The notes under the pieces were generated by a model. It was not told the origin of the DNA. It saw nothing but the letters and a program-made list of their open reading frames with translations, and made no database searches. Below, piece by piece: positions 1 to 13,372 of a DNA stretch of 64,000 nucleotides (positions are counted from its first letter, which is position 1; each line of letters starts with the position of its first letter). A program made the translations under genes and the position numbers. Source of the stretch: Squalus acanthias (taxonomy: Eukaryota); contig CM059432.1 in NCBI GenBank assembly GCA_030390025.1, positions 152,026,001 to 152,090,000 on the forward strand, read 5' to 3'.

Positions 1-700
1 CCAGAGACAGCCAAGCGGAGCAAGCTCGAGGGTTTACACAGATTGTAGGTTTCCCCATGGTGCAGGGTACCATTGACTGCACGCATATTGCCTTGCGTGC
101 ACCTCGTGAACTCTGTCATTTTCCTAATCCGAAAGGGATTCCACTCCTCAATGTGCAGCTGATGTGTGACCACAGGCAGCGCATCATGCAGGTGAATGCC
201 CGTTAACCTGGCAGTAGTCACAATTCCTTCATTTTGCAGCAGTTCTCTGTGCCACCTGTATTTGAACCACCACAGCAAGTCACAGGCTGGCTGCTGGGCA
301 AGAAAGGTTATCCACTCATTACATGGCTCATGACTCCAGTCCGGAACTCATGTGTACAGCAGGCCTACAATGAGAGCCATGCTGCCACAAGGAATATTAT
401 AGAGCACACCATCGACGTCCTCAAGCAATGCTTCCGCTGCCTGGACTGCTCTGGAGGAGCCCTGCAGCACTCAGCTGAGCAGTATCAAGATTTGTGATAG
501 TCTGCTGCATGCTGCACAACCTGGCTGTTGTGAGGGAACAGCCCTTGCCATCACCTATCGGGCAAGAAGCTGAGGACCAGAAGCACGAGGAGAAAGAGCA
601 GGAAGTGGAGGAACAGAAAGAGGAAGAGAGGCTACAATATAGACAACCCCTTTCTGACCGGGCTCTACATGATGAAATAATTAATGAGCGATACCAGTAA
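1..700 (+). pseudogene. Harbinger DDE transposase, C-terminal part, with frameshifts and stops
   Basis: Motifs [78 protein letters not shown], acidic tail. Confidence 0.9.
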
Positions 701-892
701 CCTCAACCACACCTCCCCATTCACCAACAGTCCCACACTCCTTACCTCGCCTCTATCACTGGCCATCACATCATCCTCTTTCCAACAACACAAAAGTAAA
801 AACCACCAGGAAATGCTCATTCAAATCCAAATGTATCAATTCAATCATTACATAATGCATACAAAAATAAACTAATCACCTTGTGCATTACC

Positions 893-2340
893 TTAGTCCC
901 TGTCTTCTGTGTGTCTGCCTGTCCTAGTGGACCTATGAGGTGCTTTGCCAGTGGCTGCAGCATGGCTGGTGGAAGGCTGCTGGCCTTCAATTGAGGAGAC
1001 TGTAGATTGCCTTGGAGGGCGACCTCGAGCAACTCTGGGCCTAGAAGACCCGGCTTCAGACTGCACCATCTCGGCCTGGGCTGCAGCAGTCTGGGCTGGC
1101 TGGCTGACGGGCAACAGCAAGGGCACTGGTGGGAGCAGGAATGCTGTCGTTCTGAGAGAGGAAAGCAGGTTCGTGCTCCATGGAGCCGCTGCCACTTTCC
1201 CAGGGCGGCCGTCAGCAATCCTACTGATCTGTTGGAGAACAGATTGATGGACTGCTGTGATGCCCTGGAAGCCCCTTTGAACAGTGGTATCCAGAGTCAT
1301 GATGGCAGCAGTCTGAGCTTCCACAGCAGCATTCAGACCTTTGATGGAAGCTGTTTGTGCTGCAATGGAAGCTGTGACATTGGCTATCAGAAGCTGCATC
1401 ATGGTGGGTTTAACAGCTGTGCTTATGGAGGTGATCACCAATGTTCCCTCTTCATTTTTTTCTGGGTGCGCAGCCCATTCACAGCGCAAAACTTAACATT
1501 GAAAAAGCCGGTACCGGGCTGCGAAGGACCGGCAGAGAGGTTCCATGTTGGAAAGGCTGGGCTCCAAGGTCTGCGTAAAGCCCTGTGCCAAGTTGGTGCC
1601 GGACTTCTCCTTGCTCCTTGACATTGAGCGATGGCTTTCCAGTGCACCAGGCATTTGGTTGTGTACGCCCATCAGCCTTCTTCTGTAGCCTGGCCCATCG
1701 AAGTTCTCATCCGAGTCCTCTGCAGCAGAACTAGTGTGCAACCTCATCCTCCGGTGAGCTGACACCTGCACTATCCTTTTCCACCGCCATGGCTCCAGCG
1801 CACATGTGCCCGGTGTCTCACCACGTGCAGATCCCTCCTCTACCCTATCAGTGAGTGTCCTGTAATATGCTTGGGTGATGTGGCTGATGGTTGAATAGCT
1901 GCCAGTGTGTGCGAGCTGTGAGCTGTGAGTTCTGGGTGCGAGGCTTGCAACAGTGCTAAGTGTGTGAGGTAAAGCATATGAATGTTAGGGTTGAGTACTG
2001 ATTGATAGAGATTATTGGTAGGTGGGTGATGGGGGTGTAGTGAATTGAGCAGTGGATAAGGCTAATGGTGCAGTTTGTAGGATATGCCATTTGAAGATGA
2101 ACTCACTCACCTTGACAACTCGTGAGAGATCATTAAACTTCTTCCTGTACTGCATCCAGGTTCCAGGAGCAACACTCCTGCATTGACCTTTGCGGCTACT
2201 TCTTCCCACTGCCTCCTGCCCCCCTGCGGATAAAGGACATCTCTCCTCCTTTCCACCACTTCCACCAAGGCCTCCAGTGCTTTATCGGAAGACCTCGGTG
2301 CACACTCTCTTGCATGTTCAGCTATTCTTCAATCTTTTAC
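893..2340 (-). pseudogene. Harbinger Myb/SANT-like DNA-binding gene, degenerate and internally deleted
   Basis: TWMQYRKKFNDLSRVVK followed by donor gtgagt near 2110; Ala/Gln-rich region and basic C-terminus similar to copy D. Confidence 0.8.
1439..1538. mobile_element. Truncated hAT-type MITE (CAATGTTCCCTCT family)
   Basis: Starts caatgttccctct; internal sequence matches 40885-41058. Confidence 0.65.
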
Positions 2341-3270
2341 AGCACAGATTCAGTTCACACATGGCTCCCACCACTTACTGCAACCACACTGCACCTCCCC
2401 TTAAAGAGGTGTAGGCTGCCTTTAAGTAGCGCAAGCCACTCGTGATGTCGGGCCCCTTGCTGATGTGTGCAGCCAATGAACAGTGTGGGTAGCGCTGGCT
2501 GCATGCAGCGATCATGTAAAACAGCAGGCAGCGTGAATTTAACATGCTGCCTGCAATGCAATGAACGTTTCCTCCAACTCCTCTAACTCCTGGCTGTCAC
2601 AAAAAGAACTGGAATTAGTACCGCCTCATGCTCCTCTACTGGCAATGCAATAAGCCTCTTGGGTCCAAAGATTTCTAGTTCTATGGATCTTTCACAAAGG
2701 GAACCGTGAACTTGTAAGGTTCTTCTCGCGCAATTCTGTTAGTTCCAGTAAATTCTATTTGATACCATACAAGGGTGAAGGAATATTAATGATTCTAATT
2801 ATATTTTCATTAACCAATTATATACATAAGAATTACAACACAGAAACAGACAATTCAGCCCAACCAGTCTGTGTTGCCATTAACCATCCATGCAAGGACG
2901 TAAAGGCAGTGCAGTGCTTTGATCATTTCAGTCTGCATATAAGGGATGTGCGACAGTGTGTTTTCCACAAGCAGAAGCCTGGAAATGTAATGCTGTTGGG
3001 AAGGTAAAGCCATAGGTTGCGATTTTACCATCGGCGGCAGGTTGGAGTCGGATTGGATGTTCGGCGGGTTTCGGTCCTGCTGCCGGTTTCAGCCACTCTG
3101 AATTAACTATTTTCCCTTAACTGGGCTGATTAAGCCCGTCGTGCGCGTTACCCGGTCCAATCAGTGGGTTCGGGTCTGCTGCTCGCCTCTGCTGACGTCT
3201 TCCATCCAGCTGCATTTAAGGGGCCCATGCAGCCTTGTGGTTTTTCATTCATATTCTGCTGCTTCTCAGT

Positions 3271-5204
3271 GTGGCAGATAGCGAGACAACTGCTTCAAGA
3301 GCAAAGGCCTCTCCAAGATTTGATGATGACTCCCTCCATGCTCTTGTGGAGAGAGTGAGAGGGCGCAAAGAGGTTCTGTTTCCCTCAACTGGACAGAGGA
3401 AGCCTCCTCAGCAAACCAAGGCAGCCTGGCTGCAAATTGCTGAGGAGGTCAACACCAGGTCTTTGTGTGGTCGCACCTGGGTTCAGTGCCGCAAAAGGTT
3501 CAATGATCCACTGCGCTCAGCAAAAGTGAGTATAACATCGCACTTACCTTCAATCTGCTCCCCATCTCCTCTCATCACCAGCACTCTGCATTGTCAACTT
3601 ACTCCTGCACATCCCAATTTACCTTTGCATCCTTGCACCCTTAACCATCCCTCTCTCTCTCTCTCTATGTACAGAATCACTTCACCATTCTACTATGCAC
3701 CCCTCACACTCGCTCTCACTGTTATGCAATGACAACAACTAACAACACACAGGGAGGGACCTTGGTATTGGCACCTCACTCCATCTTTGTCTCCCTCTGA
3801 GCATGTGGATTCTCTACACTCTCTCCATCATTCTCACTCAAACTCCACTTGTGTCCCTCATTGCAGGAAAAGAGAACCCATAATAAGAGGGAGAGGGGGA
3901 GGACAGGAGGATGGCCACCTTCCATGGCGCACTTGACCACCGCTGAGGAGGCTGCTATCAACATCGCCAGAGGTGCTGAGGAGCTGGAAGTGGGGGATGG
4001 AGAGACGAGCGCAGTAGAGCAAGCTGGTGACAGAATAAATTTGCCACCCTCTCATTTAGATTGCATGAGTGACTGATATGGCATCTGATGTTCATACAGA
4101 TTGAGTTCTGATCATCTGCACAATTGGATGTGTCTGCTACATTAATATCACATGTCTAACTCATGCCTTTACTCCCCCACAGGACCATCGAGAGCCCCCC
4201 TCCCCACTGTCCAGGAGGAAGAGCCGGAAGACGCCTCAGAGGAAGCTGCAATCTCTGAGGGTGCAGTGTCAACAGAATTGAGTGCACCCAGCACCAGCGC
4301 AGAGACGCGCACCTCGGTGGTCATTCGCGAGATAGATTAGTGTTGTCACCTGGTGTATCACAGCTCACAAGTGAGCATCAGTAGATGGTGGAGACAGGTA
4401 CAGCAGTGGAGAGTCCTCGTCGGAGGCCGCAGGGCACTCCAAGCTCTGCTCAGCTGCATGTGGACCCTGTGCTTCTGGGGCCATCCAGAAAGAGAGCGGT
4501 GCTGGAACTCCAGGAACAAGTACAGGAGTCTCTGACAGGGTTTGCAACCACTGTAACTGCGAGTGTGCAGAGAATGGAGGAGTCCATCTCAAACATGAGC
4601 AATGCCGTGGTGCACTCAATGGCGAATGTAGGTGTCGCCATGGAAAGGATGGCAACCTCCATGGAGGACATAAATCGCCAGATGCAAATGAACATGGTGA
4701 CTCTTCTAAATAGATGGTCTGCTATGGAGGATAGATGGGCAGCTATTGAGGAGAGACACCAGAGGTACATGCACGTCCCCGTTATGAGGACTGTCAGTAC
4801 AGAGATGGGTCCTCATGGCCCCACTGATGTGCAGCAAGGTGCTCTCCAGCTACTTGCTAGCAGTGAAGTGCGGGCGACCCATGAGAGGGATGTTGGTGGT
4901 CGACAACAAGGAAGTGTGGGTTCCTCTCCAAGTGCTCACACTCCCATGCCACTGCGGAGCCCTCGGTCAGAGCCCCAGATTCCTCACCCAACTGAGATAG
5001 CCGTCTCAGCCCCTGCACAGCTGCAGGAGGAGCAGACTGTTGCTGAGCCCTCCCAGGCTCCCAAACCCAGAGAACGCCCGCCAAAGGTGTCGAAGCAGGT
5101 GCAGCATGAAAGTGAGCAAGGTGCCTCAACATCTGTTGAAGCCACAGGGGAAGCACCACATAGAAGCACTCGTAAGAGAAATTTAACACACAGTCACAAG
5201 GGTA
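3271..5204 (+). pseudogene. Harbinger Myb/SANT-like gene, three exons (about 3271-3525, 3867-4026, 4183 to about 5204)
   Basis: PRFDDDSLHALVERV...WLQIAEEVN...RTWVQCRKRFND; donors gtgagt (3526) and gtgaca (4027); acceptors ttgcag (3866) and cacag (4182); phases consistent; frame break near 4340; 3' end hit by a SINE. Confidence 0.85.
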
Positions 5205-5490
5205 AACATAGAAACATAGAAACATAGAATCTAGGAGCAGGAGTAGGCCATTCGGCCCGTCGAGCCTGCTCCGCCATTCAATACGATCATGGCTGATCAT
5301 CCAAATCCAGTACCCTGTCCCTGCTTTAATCCCCACAGTACACATATCCCACTCTACCCCCGTAACCCCACGTATTTAATTCCCCCTAACATATCCCATC
5401 CTATCCCCATAACCCCACATATTTAATCCCCCCTAACACTAAGGGTCAATTTATCATAGCCAAATCAACCTAACCCACACATTTTTGGGT
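5205..5490 (-). mobile_element. 5'-truncated SINE with CR1-type tail (HE1/V-SINE-like)
   Basis: (aacataga)n tail and CR1 3' sequence, then the reverse complement of gggttaggttgatttggctatgataaattgaccc, resembling the V-SINE core; internal repeat of about 48 bp at 5342-5438. Confidence 0.65.
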
Positions 5491-5760
5491 AGTCACCTGA
5501 GTGTTTTGATCTAATACAAAGTGAAGAATCTCATCGTTATTTCAATTGTAATAAAGAAATGCGATAGCAAAGATTCAAAGAGTTGGCCTATGTGTGCCCA
5601 GAAATGGAAGTGTCACAGTGAGGGGTGAGGGCGCCTTTCATCTGTAATGATGGTGGTGAGAGTGATAGGAACCCACAGTTTATTTTACAGATGTGTATGG
5701 TGTGTTAAGGTCGGCCAGACACTCATTTCCATGTGGCAGCCATGTGTTTGCTTCGTAAAC

Positions 5761-7642
5761 TTACGTGAATCTGGCATGGATTAGTGCATCCCTTGTCTCA
5801 CGGCCAGCAATGTGCTCGCATGCTAGTGGAACTGGCACATCTGCCTCCGCAAGGTCTTCCTTCTCCTCTGAGGAGGCTGTGCACTGAGCCACTTGTTCCT
5901 CAGGCAGTGGTAAGCCACGCTGCTGTGCGATGTTGTACAGTGCACAGCAGACCACGATGATTCTGGAGACCTTGGCTGGTGAGTACTGTAGCGCTCCACC
6001 AGATCTGTCGAGGCATCTGAATCGCATTTTGAGCAAGCCGATGGTTTGCTCTATGATGCTTCTGGTGGAAATGTGGCTCACATTGTAGCCCTCCTCAGCT
6101 TCGTTTGATGGCCTCCTCATCGGTGTCATTAGCCACGTCTTCAGGGGATAGCCGTTGTCTACAAGTAGCCATCCGGAAAGTTGGGTTGGCGGATTGAACA
6201 GCTGAGGCACAGTAGACTGCCACAGGATGAACGAGTCATAGCAACTGCCAGGGAACTTGGCGCAAACATGCATAATGTTCTTCCTGTGGTTACATACCAG
6301 CTGGACATTAAGGGAGTGGAAGCCCTTGCGGTTCACAAATACAGCTGGGTTGTGATGGGGTGCCTTAATGGCCACATGGGTGCAATCTATGACACCCTGC
6401 ACCCTTGGGAAGCCTGCCATATTTGCCAAGCCAACCGCACGCGCGGTTACACTTGCTTCATCCTGGGAGAAGTGGATGTAATTGTGCGACTTTGCAAAGA
6501 GGGCATCGGTATCCTACATGATGCAAGTGTGTGCGGCCAACTAGGAGATGCCGCTGATGTCGGCTGCTGATCCCTGGAAGGACCCTGAAGCAAAAAAGTT
6601 GAGTGTGGTGGTGACTTTGACAGCCACTGGTAAGGAGTGTCCACCCGCTCCTCTGGGCTCCAGGTGTTGGTGCAGCATTGCGCAGATGTCAGCGACTACC
6701 TCTCGCGAATGTCTCAGCCTTAAGAACATAAGAACATAAGAAATAGGAGCAGGAGTAGGCCAATCATGGCTGATCTGATCCTAACCGCCAATCTACTATC
6801 TATCACAGAACCATCTCCTGCATCTAACAGAATTGCACACACGAAATAGGAGCAGAATCAGGCTACACGGTCCCTGGGCCCGCTCCACTACCCACAGGGC
6901 CATGACCGATCCGAACCTAGACTCATGTCCAAATTCCTGCCCGCTCCCCGTAACCCTTAATGCCCTTTACTTCTAGGAAACTGTCTATTTCTGTTTTAAA
7001 TTTATTTAATGATGTAGCTTCTACAGCTTTTTGTGGCAGCATATTCCACGGACCTACCACCCTCTGAGTGAAGTAGTTCCTCCTCATCTCAGTTTTGAAA
7101 GAGCAGCCCCTTATTCTAAGACTATGTCCCCTAGTTCTAGTCTCACCCGTCATCGGGAACATCCTCCCCGCATCCACCCGATCCAACCCCTTCACAATCT
7201 TATATGTTTCAATAAGATCGCCTCTCATTCTTCTGAACTCCAATGAGTAGAGTCCCAATCTACCCAACCTCTCCTCATATGACCACCCCCTCATCCCCGG
7301 GATTAACCGAGTGAACCTTTTTTGCACTGCCTCGAGAGCAAGTATGTCTTTCCTTAAGTAAGGACACCAAAACTGTATGCAGTATTCCAGGTTCTTTGGC
7401 ACTGCTGCTCAGTCATGTTGAGGAAGCTCATCCTCTGCCTGTAAACCCTGTGTTTGGGGGTATCTCCTGCGGCACGGTGCAACCCTGCGCTGATGGTCTC
7501 TGCCCTGTGCAGCATCAGGTGGCTGAGGAGAAGGTTGGCGCTCCTGTGGTTGCTGCTGCTGTTGTGCCTGGTTCTGCTGCTCCCGCGGCTGCTCCTCCTC
7601 TGATTCTGAGGACCAGGATGAGAGGGTATAAATGGTTCCCAT
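5761..7642 (-). pseudogene. Harbinger HARBI1-like transposase of copy B, interrupted by a CR1 and stops
   Basis: [71 protein letters not shown]; Gln-rich N-terminus at 7409-7642. Confidence 0.92.
6721..7391 (-). mobile_element. 5'-truncated CR1 LINE inserted in the Harbinger transposase
   Basis: Open ORF2 C-terminus (LEYCIQFW...LEFRRMRGDLIETYKI...RNYFTQRVV), (taagaaca)n tail; flanks rejoin as EQQCQRRLRHS. Confidence 0.92.
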
Positions 7643-7908
7643 TCCGCTGGTATATATCTCAGTTGAGGAATAGATGTTATAAGCGCTCAGTCAATGTGGG
7701 GAGAGGGTTTTCCAAGGAGGTCACAGTGCATATGGATCTCAGCTTCAACAACCCGCCGTCAAGCATTTAGATTTTAACTCCTGACCCGCCCTCTGAGTGC
7801 CGGCAAAACCGCGGCCATAGACTTTGTAAGGAATATAGATCAAAAAATATCAGTTGAATCTTTTGCCCCTTTCCTTCAATTCCACATCAGAGAATTGAAC
7901 TGAAGATT

Positions 7909-10900
7909 TACATAAGAATTAGGAGCAGGAGTAGGCCATACAGCCCTTCGGGCCTGCTCCGCCATTCAATAAAATCATGGCTGATCTTTGACCTCAACTC
8001 CACTTTGCCGCCCGATCTCCATACCCTAGAGTCCAAAAATCTATCTATCTCAGCCTTGAATATATTCACCAATTCAGCATCCTCTGCCCTTTGAGACAGA
8101 GAATTCCAAACATTCACAGTGAAGAAATTCCTCCTCATCTCAGTCTTAAAAGGCCGACCCCTTATCCTGAGACTATGCCCCCTAGTTCTAGACTCTCCCG
8201 TCAGGGGAAATAACCTCTCAGCATCTACACTGTCAATCCCCCTCAGAATCTTACATGTTTCAATGAGATCACCTCTCATTCTTCTAAACTCCAGAGAGCA
8301 TAGGCCCATTCTACTCAATCTCTCCTCAAAGGACAACCCTCTCATCCCAGGGATCAGTCTAGTGAACCTTTGTTGCACCGACTCTAAGCCAAGTAGATCC
8401 TTCCTCAGATAAGGAGACCAAAACTATGCACAGTACTCCAGGTGTGGTCTCACCAACGCCCTGTACAATTGTAGCAAGACTTCCTTAATCTTTTACTCCA
8501 ACCCCCTTGCAATAAATGCCATTTGCCTTCCTTATTGCTTACTGAACCTCCATGCGAACGCTCTGTGTTTAGGACACCTAAATCTCTCTGAACACCAACT
8601 TTTAATAGTTTCTCAGCATTTAAAAAATATTCTGTTTTTCTATTCTTCCTACCCAAGTGAATAACCTCACATTTCCCCACATTATACTCCATCTGCCACC
8701 TTCTTGCCCATTCACTTAACCTGTCTATATCCCTTTTCAGGTTCTTTGTCATCTCCTCACAGCTGACTGTCCCACCTAGATTAATATAGATTGTAAATAG
8801 CTGAGGCCCAAGCCCTTGCAGCACCCCACTAGTTACAGCCTGCCAGGTTGAAAATGACCCGTTTATCCCTACTCTCTTTTCTGTCCGTTAAGCAATCCTC
8901 TATCCATGCTAATATACTACCCCTAACCCCATGCGCCTTTATCTTGCGTAGCAGCCTTTTATGTGGCACCTTATTGAATGCATTTTGGAAATCCAAACAT
9001 CCACGGGTTCCCCTTTATCTACCCTGCTAGTTACATCCTCAAAAAAAACTCCAATAAAATTGTCAAACACGATTTCCCTTTCATAAAACCATGTTGACTC
9101 TGCCTGATCATATTATGATTTTCTAAGTGCCCTGTTACCACTTCCTTAATAATGGATTCCAGCATTTTCCCGACAACTTATGTCAGGCTTACTGGCCTGT
9201 GGTTCCCTGTTTTCTCTCTCCCTTTCTTGAATAGTGGGGGTTACATTTGCTGCCTTCCAATCCGCTGGGACCGTTCTAGATTCTAGGGATCTACTGATCT
9301 TAATTACTTTAAGTTCCTCACTCTCATTAGAATTATTTCTTTAAATCTTTGCCACTGCTTATCTACCGTCATACCTTTTAATCTAATTTCCCAATCTACC
9401 TTAGCCAACTCACCTCTCATACCTATGTAATTGGCTTTATTTAAGTTTAAGACTCTAGTTTCGTACTTAGAATTTCACATTGAGTTTTAGAGTGAAATAC
9501 TTATGAGATTAATAATTAACCCTGTCTTAGTACACAATGCAAGATCAAAATAGCCTGTTCCCTGGTTGGTTCCACGACGTATTGTTCTAGGAAACTGTCT
9601 CGAATACATTCCATGAACTCATCCTCCAGACTACCTTTGCCAATTTGATTTGCCCAGTCTATATGAAGATTAAGGTCCCCCATGATTATTGCATTACCTT
9701 TGTTACAAGCTCCTATTATTTCTTGATTAATACTCTGTCCAATGGTATAGCTACTGTTAGGGAGCCTATAAACTACTCCCATCAGTGTTTTCTGCCCCTT
9801 GTTATTTATTATCTCCACCCATACTGATTCTACTTCCTGATCTTCCGAGCCAAGATTCTTTCTCACTACTGTCCTTATGTCATCCTTTATTATCAGGGCT
9901 ACTTCTCCCCCTCTTTTCTATTCTGCCTGTCTTTTCGAAATGTCAAGTACCCTGGAATATTTAATTCCCAACCTTGGTCACCGTGCAACCACATCTCTGT
10001 AATGGCTATTAAATCAAACACATTTATCTCTATTTATGCCACTAATTCATCTATCTTGTTATGAATGCTTCGTGCATTCAGATAAAGAGCCTTTCATTTG
10101 AACTTTTAAAAATTATCCTCTGCTTTTACCTTATGGGCTGTTGCACTATTATCGTTAAACTCTCTGTCCCTTCCTGTCACACTCTGCTTATCTTTACCCA
10201 AATTGCTACATTGCTTCATTGCCTTGACTTTTCTCTTTAGATTTCTAAATTTCCCCTCACCTGACCCCTCCCCGCCTTTTTAGTTTAAAGCCCGATCTAC
10301 AGCACTAGATATTCGATTTGCCAGGACACTGGTTCCAGCCTGGTTTAAATGGAGCCTGTTCCAACGGAACAGCTCCCTCTTTCCCCAGTATTAGTGCCAG
10401 TGCCCCATGAATTGAAACCCCTTCCTCCCTCACCATTCTTTCACCCACGCATTTAACGCTTTAATCTGTTTGTCCCTATGCCAATTTGCTCGTGGCTCAG
10501 GTAACAATCCAGAGATTACCCTTGAGGTTCTGCATTTTAATTTTGATCCTAGCTCCTCAAACTCCCTCAGCAGAACCTCATTCCTAGTTCTACCTATGTC
10601 GTTGGTTCCGATGTGGACCATGACAACTGGACCCTCCCCCTCCCACTCCAAATTCTTCTCCAGCTGTGAAGCGATATCCTTAACCCTGGCAACATAACCT
10701 TCGGAACTCCCGGTCATGACTGCAGAGAACAGTATCTAGCCCCTAATTATACTATCCCCTACCACTACAACATTTCTATTCACTCCCCCCACTTGAATGG
10801 CCTCCTGTACCATGGTGCCATGGTCAGTTTGCTCATCCACCCTGCAGACTTTGCCCTCATCCAGACAGGCAGCAAGAACATCAAACCTGTTGGACAAGTG

Positions 10901-11225
10901 CAAAGGCTGAGGCTCCTTCAGCACTGCACCTGGGGTCCCCTTACCTGCCTGAGTCGCAGTAACGCCCTCCTGTCCCTGACCACTAACCAGACCTGTACTA
11001 CTACCTAACCTAAGGGGTGTGACTGCCTCCTGGATCAAAGTGTCCAGGTAACTCTCCCCCTCCCTGATGCCCGCAATGTCTGCACCTCGGACTCCAGCTC
11101 AACAACTCTGAGCTGAAGTTCCTCGAGATGCAGACACTTACTGCAGACGTGGTCGTCCAGGATCACAATGCTCTCCACAAACTCCCACATGCTGCAGTTG
11201 TGGCACACCACCGGCACTGCCATCC
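7909..11225 (-). mobile_element. CR1 LINE with ORF1 (Cys-rich N-terminus, SGNH esterase) and internally deleted ORF2
   Basis: CHNC...CSKC at 11035-11223; VVVGDSIIRG and VHIGTNDIG esterase motifs; endonuclease GVVYRLPNS, IIMGDLN, EPTREQAIL; RT fragments; CR1 3' end near 7909. Confidence 0.9.
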
Positions 11226-12077
11226 TTATATAACCTTGTTTTATTTATTTAATTAATTAAGCTTTATGTATTTAATTAACTGAGCTTATAGTTTAGTTTT
11301 TAACTAATTACTAGATCTAGTTTAAGTTATAGGTAGATTAAATTCAGTATTTACCTGTAACACAAACCAGTATTTACTATCCACATCTAAGGTTATGAGA
11401 TGCTTAAAATTTAGTTTACCTTTGAACTGTATTACGTTAACCTGTCCAAAGTATATGAACATTGCACAAACTAAACCAACCACAGGGACACAGAACATTA
11501 CTATGTGGAGTTATTAACTCCTAATCACCAGAGTTGTCAATGATGAAATCAGACACAAGCTGTGTCAACTAATGCCATTTTATTAACACATCTATGGCAA
11601 CATTAACACCATCACAAAGTCAGATATTTATTGCAGTACTAACCGAAAGACTAAATCATTCCAGGCATTCATAAGTTAAGAGTACTGCAGTATCTCAGTA
11701 TTAAGAGTTTCAATGTATAACAGTTAAACTGTGTCCTAGTTCAGTGTATATTTAGCGAGGTTCCGCATGGTTTGTATTCAATGTATTGCTGGTAAACTAC
11801 CAGCTTCCAACAGGAAGGCTTTCCCTTAGCAATAGGAACACAAACATACAACCTTGTCGTAGTAGACTGGATTTTGTTGCATTAGCTGTTTAATTTCCTC
11901 GGCGGTGCTCAGTTACATCTCTGGGGGTGCCTGCAGTGAATCGCTATTCATGATCATTGTCTTCTTCAGTTCTCCTCTTATCCTAGCTTAACTAAGCTTC
12001 CACTCATTGTCTCTCTTGTTGTATGGTTGTGTTCTATCTCTCCTCAGAGACTTGAACTGTTAGATAACTGATCGCTG

Positions 12078-13372
12078 ATCTATGTTGATAAGCCAGGAAA
12101 TTATAGGCCAGTTAGTCTTACCTTGATTGCAGGAAAACTTCTGGAATCCATAATATGAGATGAAAGTAGTGAACACTTAGGAAGACATGAGCTAATCAGG
12201 GACAGTGGGTATGGATCTGAAAAGGCAAATCATGCTTGAGTATTGAATTCAATTTTTTGAGGAAATTTCAGAAGGGTATTTCACCAGGGTGTTTGTGCTT
12301 GAAGGGGAAGAAGTCAGTGACTTGGTTACTAGAATGTAATACTAATTTTCCAACTCACTTCCTTCTGGCACAACTGCCCACTGGGAGTGAATTTATATTA
12401 AATAAAGGGAATGCATGGATATTGTTTTTATGGATTTTCAGAAAGCATTTGATAAGGTGCCACAAAAGAGATGTAGCAAGACTGAGGTACATGGTATTAA
12501 ACGCAATGTGACCACATTGATAGAAGGATCGTTGTGGGACAGAAAGGTGGCAAATTGATGTTTTTCAGATTGCCGGGATGTGAGTAGTGGTATGCTCCAG
12601 GGATCTGCTAGGACCTCTTTGGTTTTTCATTTATACAAATGATTTGGACATAGGCACAAGAGGATTCATGTAGAAGATTACTGATGCCAAATTAGGAGGC
12701 ATTGCAAACTAGAGCATGTAAGAGATTGCAGGAGGTCACAGACAGGTTGGCAGAGTTGGCAGGTAGGTGGCAGATGCAGAGAAATATGAAGGACTACATT
12801 CTGGGAAAAAGAACAATGAAAGGGACAGACAGATCTAGGGATGCAGATACATGGATCTTTTAAAGGTAAAAATGCAGCTAAAAATGGCCAGAAAAAGGCA
12901 AATGGGATTCTGGATTTTATACATGGAGCCATTGAATATAAAAGTAATGAAGTGATGTTGAATTTGTACAAGACTTTGGTTAGGCCACAATTGGAGTATT
13001 GCCTGTAGTTCTGGTCACTCCATTATAGGAAGGGTAATAGAGCAATGGAAAAGCTACTGCGAAGACTCACTAGAATAATCCCAGGAATGTGAATTCGATG
13101 TAAACTGCCATTTTTAGGGATTTCCTTTGATCTTCCATCTTCCAGTTACAACAGGAAATCAGGGAACCTCCTGCAGAAATTCTACCCCAGAATGCTTACC
13201 ACAAGTGGTTAAAAGGAATTTGGATAAATATTTCAAAAGGAAAAATATGAAAGGATACAGGAGATGGCAGGAAAATTGGGTTACAATAGATAACTCCGGT
13301 TCAAGAGCTAGCGTTAGCACCAGCACAGGCATGATGAGCTGAATGGCCTCCACCTGTGCTATAATTTCTATG
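12078..13372 (+). mobile_element. Old degenerate CR1 LINE (RT to 3' end)
   Basis: Remnants of PGNYRPVSL, MDFQKAFDKVPQ and YKTLVRPQLEYC; CR1-like 3' end near 13340-13372. Confidence 0.8.

Larger units (their letters stand above)
1..2566. mobile_element. PIF/Harbinger DNA transposon copy A (left end outside the window, right TIR not recognisable, degenerate)
   Basis: HARBI1-like nuclease on + and Myb/SANT-like gene on -, convergent; colinear with copy D (24628-28513). Confidence 0.85.
3015..7816. mobile_element. PIF/Harbinger copy B, both ends present, divergent family
   Basis: Imperfect TIRs GGTTGCGATTTTACC and (reverse complement) GGCCGCGGTTTTGCC; 3-bp direct repeat ATA at 3012-3014 and 7817-7819; Myb gene on +, nuclease on -. 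Confidence 0.9.

Noticed and set aside
5761..6429. 222-aa ORF as a domesticated HARBI1 host gene
   Set aside because: Lies inside a TIR/TSD-bounded element; upstream part has stops and a CR1 insertion.
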